In this document: in pieces, positions 8,222 through 15,353 of the stretch
Numbering within the stretch: the first letter of the stretch is position 1
Layout of the letters: every line of letters starts with the position of its first letter
NCBI RefSeq assembly: GCF_918697925.1
Contig: NZ_CAKKMF010000008.1
Location: 19,384 to 51,383, forward strand
Source of the DNA: Arthrobacter sp. Bi26
GTDB taxonomy: Bacteria; Actinomycetota; Actinomycetes; Actinomycetales; Micrococcaceae
Length of the DNA: 32,000 bases
Reading direction: 5' to 3'
Notes under the pieces: model-generated
What the model saw: the letters and a program-made list of their open reading frames with translations, nothing else
Told to the model about the DNA's origin: nothing
Databases searched by the model: none
Position numbers and translations under genes: made by a program

Positions 8222-9320
8222 CGTCCCAGATCCTCTCCCTGTTCCGGCGCAACAGCACGAAGAAGACCGGCGCCCCGATTAGGGCGGTGAGGACTCCTAA
8301 CGGGATTTCACCGGCCGTTGCGGTGCGCGCAATGGTGTCTATGGCGATGAGGTACGCCCCGCCCAGCAGGAATGAGACCGGCAGCAGGACGCGGTGGTCC
8401 GGGCCCACCCACATCCGCGCCAGGTGCGGGATGACCAGCCCCACCCAACTGATGACGCCGCTGACGGCCACGGCCCCTGCCACCATGAGGGCCACGGCGG
8501 AGAGGACAGCCCAGCGCAGCGGACGCGGCCGGAGGCCCAGGGCCGCGGCGTCGTCGTCGCCGAGCGAGAGCACATTGATCCGCCACCGCAGTGCCAGCAG
8601 GACGACGCCGCCGGCAGCAATCGGAATGAAGGCCACCAGTACCTTCGCCCAGGTTGCGGTGGCGACACTGCCAAGCAGCCAGAAGACGATTGCGGGAAGG
8701 GTGGTGAACGGGTCCGCCAGATACGTCACCAGGGCCACCAGGGCGGAGAAGAACGAGGCCGTGACGATTCCTCCGAGGACGACCATGAGGATGTGGGTGC
8801 CGCCCCGGCCGGACGTGATGAGGAAGACGATGGCCAGTGCCAGCAGCCCGAAGCCGAACGATCCGCCCACGAGGGCCACCGGACCCAGGCCCAGCAGCAG
8901 GGCCAGGGCACCACCGAAGGAGGCACCGGATGAAACGCCGATGACCTCCGGACTGACCAGGGGATTACGGAACACGGCCTGCAGCGCCGCACCGCCAAGT
9001 GCGAGGCCACCACCCACCAGCAGGGCCAGCAGGACCCTGGGCAGCCTGACCAGCAGCACCACGTTTTCCTCGGCAGCGGGAAGGCTTGAGCCCAAGGGAA
9101 CTATCCGGGAGGCCAGGATTTCCGCGACATGGGCGAGGGACACGTTGTAGCGGCCGCTGGCGAGGGCAAGCGCCGACACGGCGGCCAGGACGGCCGCTGA
9201 GAGCAGGCATGGACCGATGACCTGGCGCAGCCTCGGTCCGCGGCGGCCGCCAAGGTGTCCCGTGGTCAGAGGCTGGGCCTCACGAAGCATCGAACTGCCG
9301 GTAGTTGGCCGAGATGCCAT
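8214..9320 (-). CDS. ABC transporter permease, FecCD/BtuC family
   Basis: The 368-aa ORF is polytopic and hydrophobic, with the C-terminal FecCD signature ...ARTATAGEIPLGVLTALIGAPVFFVLLRR. The start is ambiguous: ATG 9320 or ATG 9290 (MLREAQ...). Confidence 0.88.
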   Translation of the reverse strand: MASRPTTGSSMLREAQPLTTGHLGGRRGPRLRQVIGPCLLSAAVLAAVSALALASGRYNVSLAHVAEILASRIVPLGSSLPAAEENVVLLVRLPRVLLALLVGGGLALGGAALQAVFRNPLVSPEVIGVSSGASFGGALALLLGLGPVALVGGSFGFGLLALAIVFLITSGRGGTHILMVVLGGIVTASFFSALVALVTYLADPFTTLPAIVFWLLGSVATATWAKVLVAFIPIAAGGVVLLALRWRINVLSLGDDDAAALGLRPRPLRWAVLSAVALMVAGAVAVSGVISWVGLVIPHLARMWVGPDHRVLLPVSFLLGGAYLIAIDTIARTATAGEIPLGVLTALIGAPVFFVLLRRNRERIWDGA

Positions 9321-10458
9321 TGGCTTCAGTCCACAGGATCTTGTCCGTCTCCGGCGCTGATGGCCGGTAGCGGTACAGGAAATCGAAGTAGTCGCTGGTC
9401 TGGTCCCTCAGCGCGGACCGGCTGCCGGAGGGGAAACTGATATCGCTGAGCCAGCGCCACATCAGGGGTGACTCCTGGCCCGGGGGATCCCAACGGTACC
9501 CGCCCAGCGGCACCTTGTACACGCGCCGGGAACGCACGGCGGACACGCTTTGCCACACCGGATTGCCGTAGACGTCCGCGGGCATCGCGTCGTCGAAGTT
9601 CCCCAGCAGGATGATCTCCGGATCCCATGCCAGGACCTGTTCGACGTCGACCCCCACCATGCCCTTGCCCTGGAGGCCCTGCGGGCCGGTTGCTGGATTG
9701 TGGCCGCCGATGAGCTTGATGTAGAAGTCGTTGTAGCTGTCGTTTCCGGCAACCTTGAGCCCGCCGCTGAACCTGTTGAAGTAGATGATGCCCGGGCCGC
9801 CGGTGCCGCGGGAGGCGGCCTCGGCCTGGATGGACCTCTGTTGCTCGTCGCTGCGCGCCTTCATCTGCGCGGCCCGCTCCGGGTGCCCCAGCATCGTCGC
9901 GAACAGCGCGGTCCAGGTGTCCACATCCTGCTGCGTACCGGTGTTCGTGATGCCCAGGACCTTCATCCCGGCTTGTTCCAGCGGTGCCGTAAGTTGCGCA
10001 TCGCTCCACTGGACCACGACGTCCGGGTTCAGTGCCCGGATGCTTTCGACATTGGGCGTGAAATCGGTAGTGGCGATGTCGTGCGGAATATTCAGGGCCT
10101 CCGGGTACATGGTGCCCATGGCGCCGTCACGCATGGCAACCCAGGAGGCGTTATGCATCCCGGCGAGATGGCTTGCGCCCTGGTCGACGGCGGCGAGCAG
10201 GGAGGCGGCCGGCATGGGAATGGTCACCACCCGGGTGACCGGGCGGTCGAAACTCAGCACGGTCCCGCGCTGGTCCGTGACCTGGATCCCGGCCGAACCG
10301 GCGGCGGAACCCGGTGGCGAGGTACCTGCCGGTGGCATTGACAGTGGTGTTGGCTGCGGCGGCGTGCTTCCCGGGGCGCAGGAAGCGAGGAACAGCGCCC
10401 CTCCGCCGTAGAGGGCCGCTGCCAGTACTGATCGTCGGTTGGCTTCGGGGATGTTCAT
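9280..10458 (-). CDS. ABC transporter substrate-binding lipoprotein (periplasmic binding protein, FecB/BtuF/CeuE class)
   Basis: Part of ORF 9280..10563. Start set at ATG 10458, preceded by GGGAGG. The N-terminus MNIPEANRRSVLAAALYGGGALFLASC looks like a signal peptide with an RR motif and lipobox LASC, followed by a Pro/Ser/Gly-rich tether. The body (VTRVVTIPMPAASLL...NPDVVVQW...WDPEIILLGNFDD) fits a class III binding protein. Confidence 0.85.
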   Translation of the reverse strand: MNIPEANRRSVLAAALYGGGALFLASCAPGSTPPQPTPLSMPPAGTSPPGSAAGSAGIQVTDQRGTVLSFDRPVTRVVTIPMPAASLLAAVDQGASHLAGMHNASWVAMRDGAMGTMYPEALNIPHDIATTDFTPNVESIRALNPDVVVQWSDAQLTAPLEQAGMKVLGITNTGTQQDVDTWTALFATMLGHPERAAQMKARSDEQQRSIQAEAASRGTGGPGIIYFNRFSGGLKVAGNDSYNDFYIKLIGGHNPATGPQGLQGKGMVGVDVEQVLAWDPEIILLGNFDDAMPADVYGNPVWQSVSAVRSRRVYKVPLGGYRWDPPGQESPLMWRWLSDISFPSGSRSALRDQTSDYFDFLYRYRPSAPETDKILWTEANGISANYRQFDAS

Positions 10459-10671
10459 CGGCCTACCTCCCGGGAAGGACCGCACACGAGCGGCCATTCG
10501 CTCCGCGCCAGCCATGGCAGTGTTTCCAGCCACGACAGTGTTCCAGGCACGGCATTCCCTCACAGCATCTGCCGAATGCGCAGGGGTGTCAATGCCGGCA
10601 ACGCGGACATTGTTTGCCGATGGGCGGCGGTGCTAGCCTCGCACATATCCCCTGTGAAACGAGGCCACGGG

Positions 10672-11445
10672 ATGCAAGTCAATGGCGCTCAACTCTTTGT
10701 CCGGTACGCATATCCGCCGAATTCGCGGGGCAGCTGCGGGCCGCCGGACAGCGATGCGCTGCTGCACTATGGCCAGTCGGGGGTGACGGACGCGGGCCTG
10801 CGGGAACTGGCCAAGGGGTTCGCCGGCGCCTGGCCGTATCTGGAGCTCATCGCCGGTGCCACGGGCAACCCGGACCCGCTTGACTACCCGGTAGTGGAGG
10901 CCTACTGGGTGGGAAACACGCTGCTGGACTCCGTGGGTGTGCGCAGCATCGGCAATTCCATGGAGGACAGGTTCCGAGCACGGACCGGCCATCAGTTTCC
11001 GCATCTCATGGAAGGGGTCCTGGCCGGCGGCGTACCGCACCACAGCTTCCATGTGCTGGAAATCTATCCGTGGCTTGGACTGTTGCGCGATGATCGGCGC
11101 TCATCCACGGCCCTGAACGTCCTTGACCAATGCCGCATCCGGTGGGGCGAAGTGGTGGCCGTCGAAGGGGACAGCGCCCTGGTGCGCTCCCGGCCCCTGG
11201 TCTGGGACGGGATGGCGCTCTCGCTCGGCGAACCGGTGATCGAGACGGCCAAGTACGCCGTGGCCGGGTCCGGCTTCATCGCTGACCTCACGGCAGGCGA
11301 CATGGTGTCCCTTCACTGGGACTGGGTGTGCGACCGGCTGGGGCCGGCGCAGCTCCACCGGCTCCAGCACTACTTTGCGCGCCACCTCAAGATCGCCAAC
11401 TCCGGCGTGGAGCATCGCGGCGCCGCGATTGCACTCGAACAGTGA
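10672..11445 (+). CDS. Conserved hypothetical protein (I recall such genes annotated DUF6390 next to actinobacterial hydrogenase genes; unverified) with a C-terminal HypC/HupF-like segment
   Basis: Part of ORF 10576..11445. Start set at ATG 10672 with GAGG upstream. N-terminal motif YAYPPNSRGSCGPPDS. C-terminal aa ~154-225 (CRIRWGEVVAVEGDSALV...GDMVSLHWDWVCDRL) mirror the HypC pattern of the adjacent hypC (CLGIPGRIIEVIDG..LALV...GTWVLIHMGFALERV). Confidence 0.7.
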   Translation: MQVNGAQLFVRYAYPPNSRGSCGPPDSDALLHYGQSGVTDAGLRELAKGFAGAWPYLELIAGATGNPDPLDYPVVEAYWVGNTLLDSVGVRSIGNSMEDRFRARTGHQFPHLMEGVLAGGVPHHSFHVLEIYPWLGLLRDDRRSSTALNVLDQCRIRWGEVVAVEGDSALVRSRPLVWDGMALSLGEPVIETAKYAVAGSGFIADLTAGDMVSLHWDWVCDRLGPAQLHRLQHYFARHLKIANSGVEHRGAAIALEQ

Positions 11446-11473
11446 ATACAGAACAGTAAGGGGGGAGCGCAGG

Positions 11474-11731
11474 CTACGGGACGTTGTCGGTGGGGTCCGG
11501 GCCCCGTCCCATGAGCTCCAGTCCCGTCATGGCACGGTCGGCGCCAGCCTGGTCCACGCGCTCCAAGGCGAAGCCCATGTGGATCAGGACCCACGTACCG
11601 CTCTCCAACGGGCCGTCGTCGAGGAGCCCAATGTTGATCTTTCGCTGCACGCCTGCCACATCCACGAGGGCCAGTTGCCCGTTGTAGCCGTCGATCACTT
11701 CGATGATCCGGCCCGGTATTCCCAAGCACAT
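11474..11731 (-). CDS. hypC: [NiFe]-hydrogenase maturation chaperone HypC/HupF
   Basis: Part of ORF 11474..11758. The start must be ATG 11731 to give the obligatory MCLGIPG N-terminus (Cys2). A strong SD, GAGGAGGAAG, lies upstream. About 85 aa, typical length. Confidence 0.93.
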   Translation of the reverse strand: MCLGIPGRIIEVIDGYNGQLALVDVAGVQRKINIGLLDDGPLESGTWVLIHMGFALERVDQAGADRAMTGLELMGRGPDPTDNVP

Positions 11732-11744
11732 CCGCGCTTCCTCC

Positions 11745-12317
11745 TCAGCCTGCTTCATCCGAACCGGCGCTCGCGGTCGCTGCGTCCGCGGACGTTATGT
11801 GGGCCGTGACCAGTGTGCGCACTGCCTCCACGGCTGCCGGGACGGCGCGGGACACGTCCTCGGTCAGCTCCATGCCGTCGTCTGTTCGCCCCGCGATGCA
11901 ACCCACCAGGTAGGTCTCCGGCAGCGATCCGCCCAGGATGCGGAGGCGGCGCAGGACAGCCAGCGGGTCCATGCCATGCGGATCGAACTCCGGGTTGACC
12001 GGCAGGCCGGCCGGCGTGAGCGGTCCGCCGGGTTCCAGATCCTCCGCCCGGATCTTGAGGATCCGGAGGGTCCCGGCGCTTGTGCTTCCGTCCGCCGGGG
12101 CCGGAAGCACATCCACGAGCACCAGCGCATCCACCCCGTCCAGGAGATCGTAGGCGAGGTGCAGCCCGCGGACCCCGTAGTCCCTCACCTGAACGTGCTC
12201 TGGCACCCAGCCGGGCAGGCTTGACGCCTCCTGCGCCAGGCGGCGGGCGACGGCCGGTCCGAATCCGTCGTCGCGGAGGAACACGTTCCCCACGCCCGCC
12301 ACGAGAACCCTGCTCAC
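11745..12317 (-). CDS. hupD: Hydrogenase maturation endopeptidase (HupD/HyaD/HybD family)
   Basis: 190 aa with a GTG start. The N-terminus (M)SRVLVAGVGNVFLRDDGFGPAVARRL is the classic maturation-protease motif (GxGNxxxxDDGxG). Confidence 0.9.
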   Translation of the reverse strand: MSRVLVAGVGNVFLRDDGFGPAVARRLAQEASSLPGWVPEHVQVRDYGVRGLHLAYDLLDGVDALVLVDVLPAPADGSTSAGTLRILKIRAEDLEPGGPLTPAGLPVNPEFDPHGMDPLAVLRRLRILGGSLPETYLVGCIAGRTDDGMELTEDVSRAVPAAVEAVRTLVTAHITSADAATASAGSDEAG

Positions 12318-12324
12318 AGCGGGC

Positions 12325-12444
12325 TCACATGCTGCGCATTCGCATGTAGCGCTTGATGTCCGGAATCGAACGCAGTCCGACGACGGCCACTGCCAGGCCC
12401 GCGGCCAGCAGGAGCACGACGGTCATGATGCCCAGACCTTTCAT
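12325..12444 (-). CDS. 39-aa single-pass membrane micropeptide (MKGLGIMTVVLLLAAGLAVAVVGLRSIPDIKRYMRMRSM)
   Basis: Internal ATG of ORF 12325..12534. It is preceded by GGAAAGGAA, and its ATG overlaps the stop of the upstream gene (ATGA at 12441-12444). It has one hydrophobic helix and a basic C-terminal tail. Calling this a real gene is an inference from coupling and SD. Confidence 0.6.
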   Translation of the reverse strand: MKGLGIMTVVLLLAAGLAVAVVGLRSIPDIKRYMRMRSM

Positions 12445-13934
12445 GATGATGGTTCCTTTCCGTTGTCCGGGGGCTGCGCCGCGGCGAGCGGCACGAGTTC
12501 CTCGGGGGCGAAATACAGATACCGGCCGTACCATTCCTGCAGTTCGGCCGCCGGGTCGGCTTCGAGGACCACCGCGACGTGCGTTCCGCCGTCGACGTCG
12601 AAGTGGACTCCTGTGACACGTCCCGATTTACCGGCGAAGAAGAGGTCCTGCGCATCGGCGCGGCGCAGTGGAACAACCCGCACCCGGCTGCCGCGTGAGA
12701 CCTGGACGCCGTCGATGAAGACAGTGTCCGATTCCGGATCCACGGCTGCGTCCCGGGCCGGATCCCACCACGGCGTATCGGCGCCGGTGTTCGCGGCGGC
12801 GCCGTTGCCCGGGACGGAAAATTCAGGGACGGACAATTCCGAATCTGAATATTCCGGAACGGCGAAGCCGGGGAACTCGTCGTACCCGGACGTCCCGGGT
12901 CCGCGGGGCGAACCGGCGTGCGGGTTCCGCAGGATGCCGTGCAACTGCTGGAGCTCCTCTGCTGTCATGTTTTCGCAGCGATCGATGATCGCTGCCGCCC
13001 GGGCATCGGTTGACCGGGCTTCCGCCTTTTCCTCATCGGTCAGCGTGAGCACCCGGAGGGTCAGGATTTCATCGATCTCCGTCGCGTCGAACAGTTCCAC
13101 GGTGCTCTCCGGCGCCACCGCGGGGTGGTCATAGAGGATGATCGGGGACAGGAGCAGGACATCGCGCTGCCCCTCGGGGCCGGCGAGCACGGGCCAGCAG
13201 CGGTGCTGGCGGCACGAAGCCGCCGCCGCCGACGCCCACTGCGGCGGATCGATCACCGAGAGGAAGTCGGCGTCGTGGACTGCGAGCAGGACGTGGGCTC
13301 CGATGAACGAGAGCTCGATGGCGGACCGCTTGTCGGTGGTTGCTGCCGCCGTGTTTTCGACCGTGACCCTGAGCCGCCACAGCGGACCTGCCGCCGGCAC
13401 CGGTGTCGCCACTTGCGTCGCCATCAGGCGCAGCTCCCCGCGGAGCGTCCGACGCCGGCGTACGAGCCTGCCGGCGGTGGCGCCGCGGGTGTCCCGTAAG
13501 GGCTCGATGTCCTCGGTCGCCGGGACGTTGACCGGCGCGCGCACGCCCGCGGCAAGTTGGCCGAGGCTGTACGGCCCGAGCGTGATCTCCTGATCCGTGG
13601 CCTCGTCCCAGCTGAGCCACCGGGACGGGCCGACCAAGAGTTCATCGACGGGTGTGAAGCCGCCGTCATCCGCGCGCTCGGCGGACCTTGTCTGCAGGTG
13701 CAGGAAGCGAAGATGGACTTCGACCCGGGCTGCGGGTCCCGGCTCGAGGAGGCAGTCCGCTGCCATGTCCGGCTCTTCACCGGCGCCGGCGGCTGCCGCG
13801 CCCGGCGGCCCAAGCACCCCGAACTGCCAGCGGGCCTGGTTCTTGGCGGACGAGGCGCGGTACGGGTACAGGAGGTACCCCTCATAGAGGACAGCGTCGG
13901 CGACGGCGCGTGCCAGGCTGAGGCCGGCGTTCAC
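12441..13934 (-). CDS. Conserved hypothetical protein of Hhy-type hydrogenase clusters (497 aa, two domains joined by a low-complexity linker)
   Basis: GTG start overlapping the upstream stop (GTGA). N-terminal motif LYEGYLLYPYRASSAKNQARWQFGVLGP. Acidic/Pro-rich linker at about aa 338-400 (…EFPGFAVPEYSDSELSVPEFSVPG…). The C-terminal ~95 aa look beta-rich (VFIDGVQVSRGSRVRVVPL...GRVTGVHFDVDGGTHVAVVLE). I recognise no catalytic motif. Confidence 0.75.
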   Translation of the reverse strand: MNAGLSLARAVADAVLYEGYLLYPYRASSAKNQARWQFGVLGPPGAAAAGAGEEPDMAADCLLEPGPAARVEVHLRFLHLQTRSAERADDGGFTPVDELLVGPSRWLSWDEATDQEITLGPYSLGQLAAGVRAPVNVPATEDIEPLRDTRGATAGRLVRRRRTLRGELRLMATQVATPVPAAGPLWRLRVTVENTAAATTDKRSAIELSFIGAHVLLAVHDADFLSVIDPPQWASAAAASCRQHRCWPVLAGPEGQRDVLLLSPIILYDHPAVAPESTVELFDATEIDEILTLRVLTLTDEEKAEARSTDARAAAIIDRCENMTAEELQQLHGILRNPHAGSPRGPGTSGYDEFPGFAVPEYSDSELSVPEFSVPGNGAAANTGADTPWWDPARDAAVDPESDTVFIDGVQVSRGSRVRVVPLRRADAQDLFFAGKSGRVTGVHFDVDGGTHVAVVLEADPAAELQEWYGRYLYFAPEELVPLAAAQPPDNGKEPSS

Positions 13935-14572
13935 GGTACCGGGTCACCCGCCCCGGCCAACAGGCCCTCGATTGCCGCCTCCCAGGAAGTCAGGCCGTGG
14001 ACCGCCTTGTACCTGGCCAGGGCCGCCAGGACGTCGCGGTCCAGGCGGATCCATCCCTGGTTGGGGAAGAATGCGTCTATCAGCGAGCGCCAGACGGCCA
14101 CGGGCAGGGCGTACCGCGCTTCCCGGTCCCAGGGAATCTGCTCGACGCCGAAGCCCGCCGCGCCGCGCGTGAAAACTGTCCCGGAGAAGAGGAACTCCAG
14201 CGGAACGGTCCCGTCCCGCAGGGAGTTCAGGTACTTTGCCGCGGCGACCTCGAAATCGAAGGTGCAGGGGAGCGGCAGGTCAACCTCGACGCTGTCCGCA
14301 AATCCCTGCACCAGGACGCTGCTGTGCATCCACATGAAGGGCTTGAGGGTGGTGGGCCACCGCCCGCGGTTGCCGAAGAGTTCCAGCAGCCCGGCTTCCT
14401 CGTCGGCGTCGTAACCGCGGCGTTGGGCCAGGATCCGCACCTGGCAGCGCAGGGCCATGGCGTGGATGGCGGCGCCGCTTCGCTCCTGGATCCGCAGGCG
14501 CGCGGTCAGCTGGGGTGCGGCCGCGTAGGGCTCGGGGGTGATGTCCAGCACGCTGAATTCGAGGTCAACCAT
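13931..14572 (-). CDS. Conserved hypothetical protein of Hhy-type hydrogenase clusters (213 aa; I recall the label DUF6084, unverified)
   Basis: ATG start. It overlaps the upstream gene by 8 nt and the downstream gene by 4 nt. Coding-like composition. No motif recognised. Confidence 0.75.
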   Translation of the reverse strand: MVDLEFSVLDITPEPYAAAPQLTARLRIQERSGAAIHAMALRCQVRILAQRRGYDADEEAGLLELFGNRGRWPTTLKPFMWMHSSVLVQGFADSVEVDLPLPCTFDFEVAAAKYLNSLRDGTVPLEFLFSGTVFTRGAAGFGVEQIPWDREARYALPVAVWRSLIDAFFPNQGWIRLDRDVLAALARYKAVHGLTSWEAAIEGLLAGAGDPVP

Positions 14573-15311
14573 GGCGTCCCTCCTGCTCTGCCTGGGCCGG
14601 AGCGGGGGCGGGCCTGCTGCGGCTGCTGATCCGGTCGAAGAAGCCGGCGAGCTCCTGGCGGGACTCCTGGCCGCCGTCGAAGCCCTTCCACACCCGCCGC
14701 AGGCGGCCCACCAGCTCGTAGCACGTATCGATGGGGACCAGATGGCAGTCCGCCCGGTCCCGCTCGGGGCCGGGGGAGCGGATCAGCAGGGCTTCCGTGT
14801 CGGGGGCGAGCATGGCGATTGCCGGGTTGGCGGCTTGGACCGATGCCCAGGCGTTCAGGGGAAGTTCCGACTCCGTGGCGCCCGCCGGGCTCGGGTAGAA
14901 AGCAGCGGTCCGGCCCAGCGCCGAGTTGAAGAAGAAAAATGCCAGTCCCACCGGGATTTCCAGCTCGTCCCACTGGGCCTGCCCGAGCTCGAAGGGCTCG
15001 AATGAGACGTAGCGGTCAGGGACGGAACGGTAGCGCAGATGGGCCGACGAGTCCGTGAACAGCAGATAGCAGGGCCGGCACGTGCACAGCAGGGAGCGGC
15101 TCTCCAGATCCACCACATGCTGGTGGGCCTCCGGAATGGGCTCCGCGCACATCTCGCAGCGCTCGCCGGCAGGCTGGGCCGGGCGGGTGGAAGCTATCCG
15201 GCGGAGCACGGAGAGCGCCGACGTTCCCCCGGCTCCTGTACCGCCCGTGGGCTCCCTCCCGGCTCCTGTGCCGCCCGTCGCCGGCCTCCCGGTTCCCGGC
15301 GGCGCCGTCAT
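14565..15311 (-). CDS. Conserved hypothetical Cys-motif protein of Hhy-type hydrogenase clusters (248 aa; I recall the label DUF5947, unverified)
   Basis: ATG 15311 with GGAG upstream. Gly/Thr-rich repetitive N-terminus. It contains CEMC-X20-CTCRPC (C52, C55, C76, C78, C81). The true start could be further downstream. Confidence 0.75.
   Translation of the reverse strand: MTAPPGTGRPATGGTGAGREPTGGTGAGGTSALSVLRRIASTRPAQPAGERCEMCAEPIPEAHQHVVDLESRSLLCTCRPCYLLFTDSSAHLRYRSVPDRYVSFEPFELGQAQWDELEIPVGLAFFFFNSALGRTAAFYPSPAGATESELPLNAWASVQAANPAIAMLAPDTEALLIRSPGPERDRADCHLVPIDTCYELVGRLRRVWKGFDGGQESRQELAGFFDRISSRSRPAPAPAQAEQEGRHG
15228..15280 (-). repeat. 30-bp-period tandem repeat (CCCGGCTCCTGT[A/G]CCGCCCGT[G/C]G x2) encoding TGGTGAG(REP/GTS)
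   Basis: Read directly: copies at 15228-15250 and 15258-15280 differ at 2 positions. It lies in the N-terminal low-complexity region of the 248-aa protein. Confidence 0.8.
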
Positions 15312-15353
15312 TCCCGGCTCCGTTCCCGTGCCGCGGCGTTCATTTGCGGCACC

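Noticed and set aside
10459-10563. Possible cobalamin riboswitch in the 5' leader of the BtuF/FecB-class binding protein gene
   Set aside because: The reverse-complement leader has AGGGAAUGCCGUG and ACUGU fragments. I could not find the B12 box (GCCACUG-type core) or the GGUG..AA.UCC element, so the resemblance seems fortuitous. An Rfam covariance scan would settle it.
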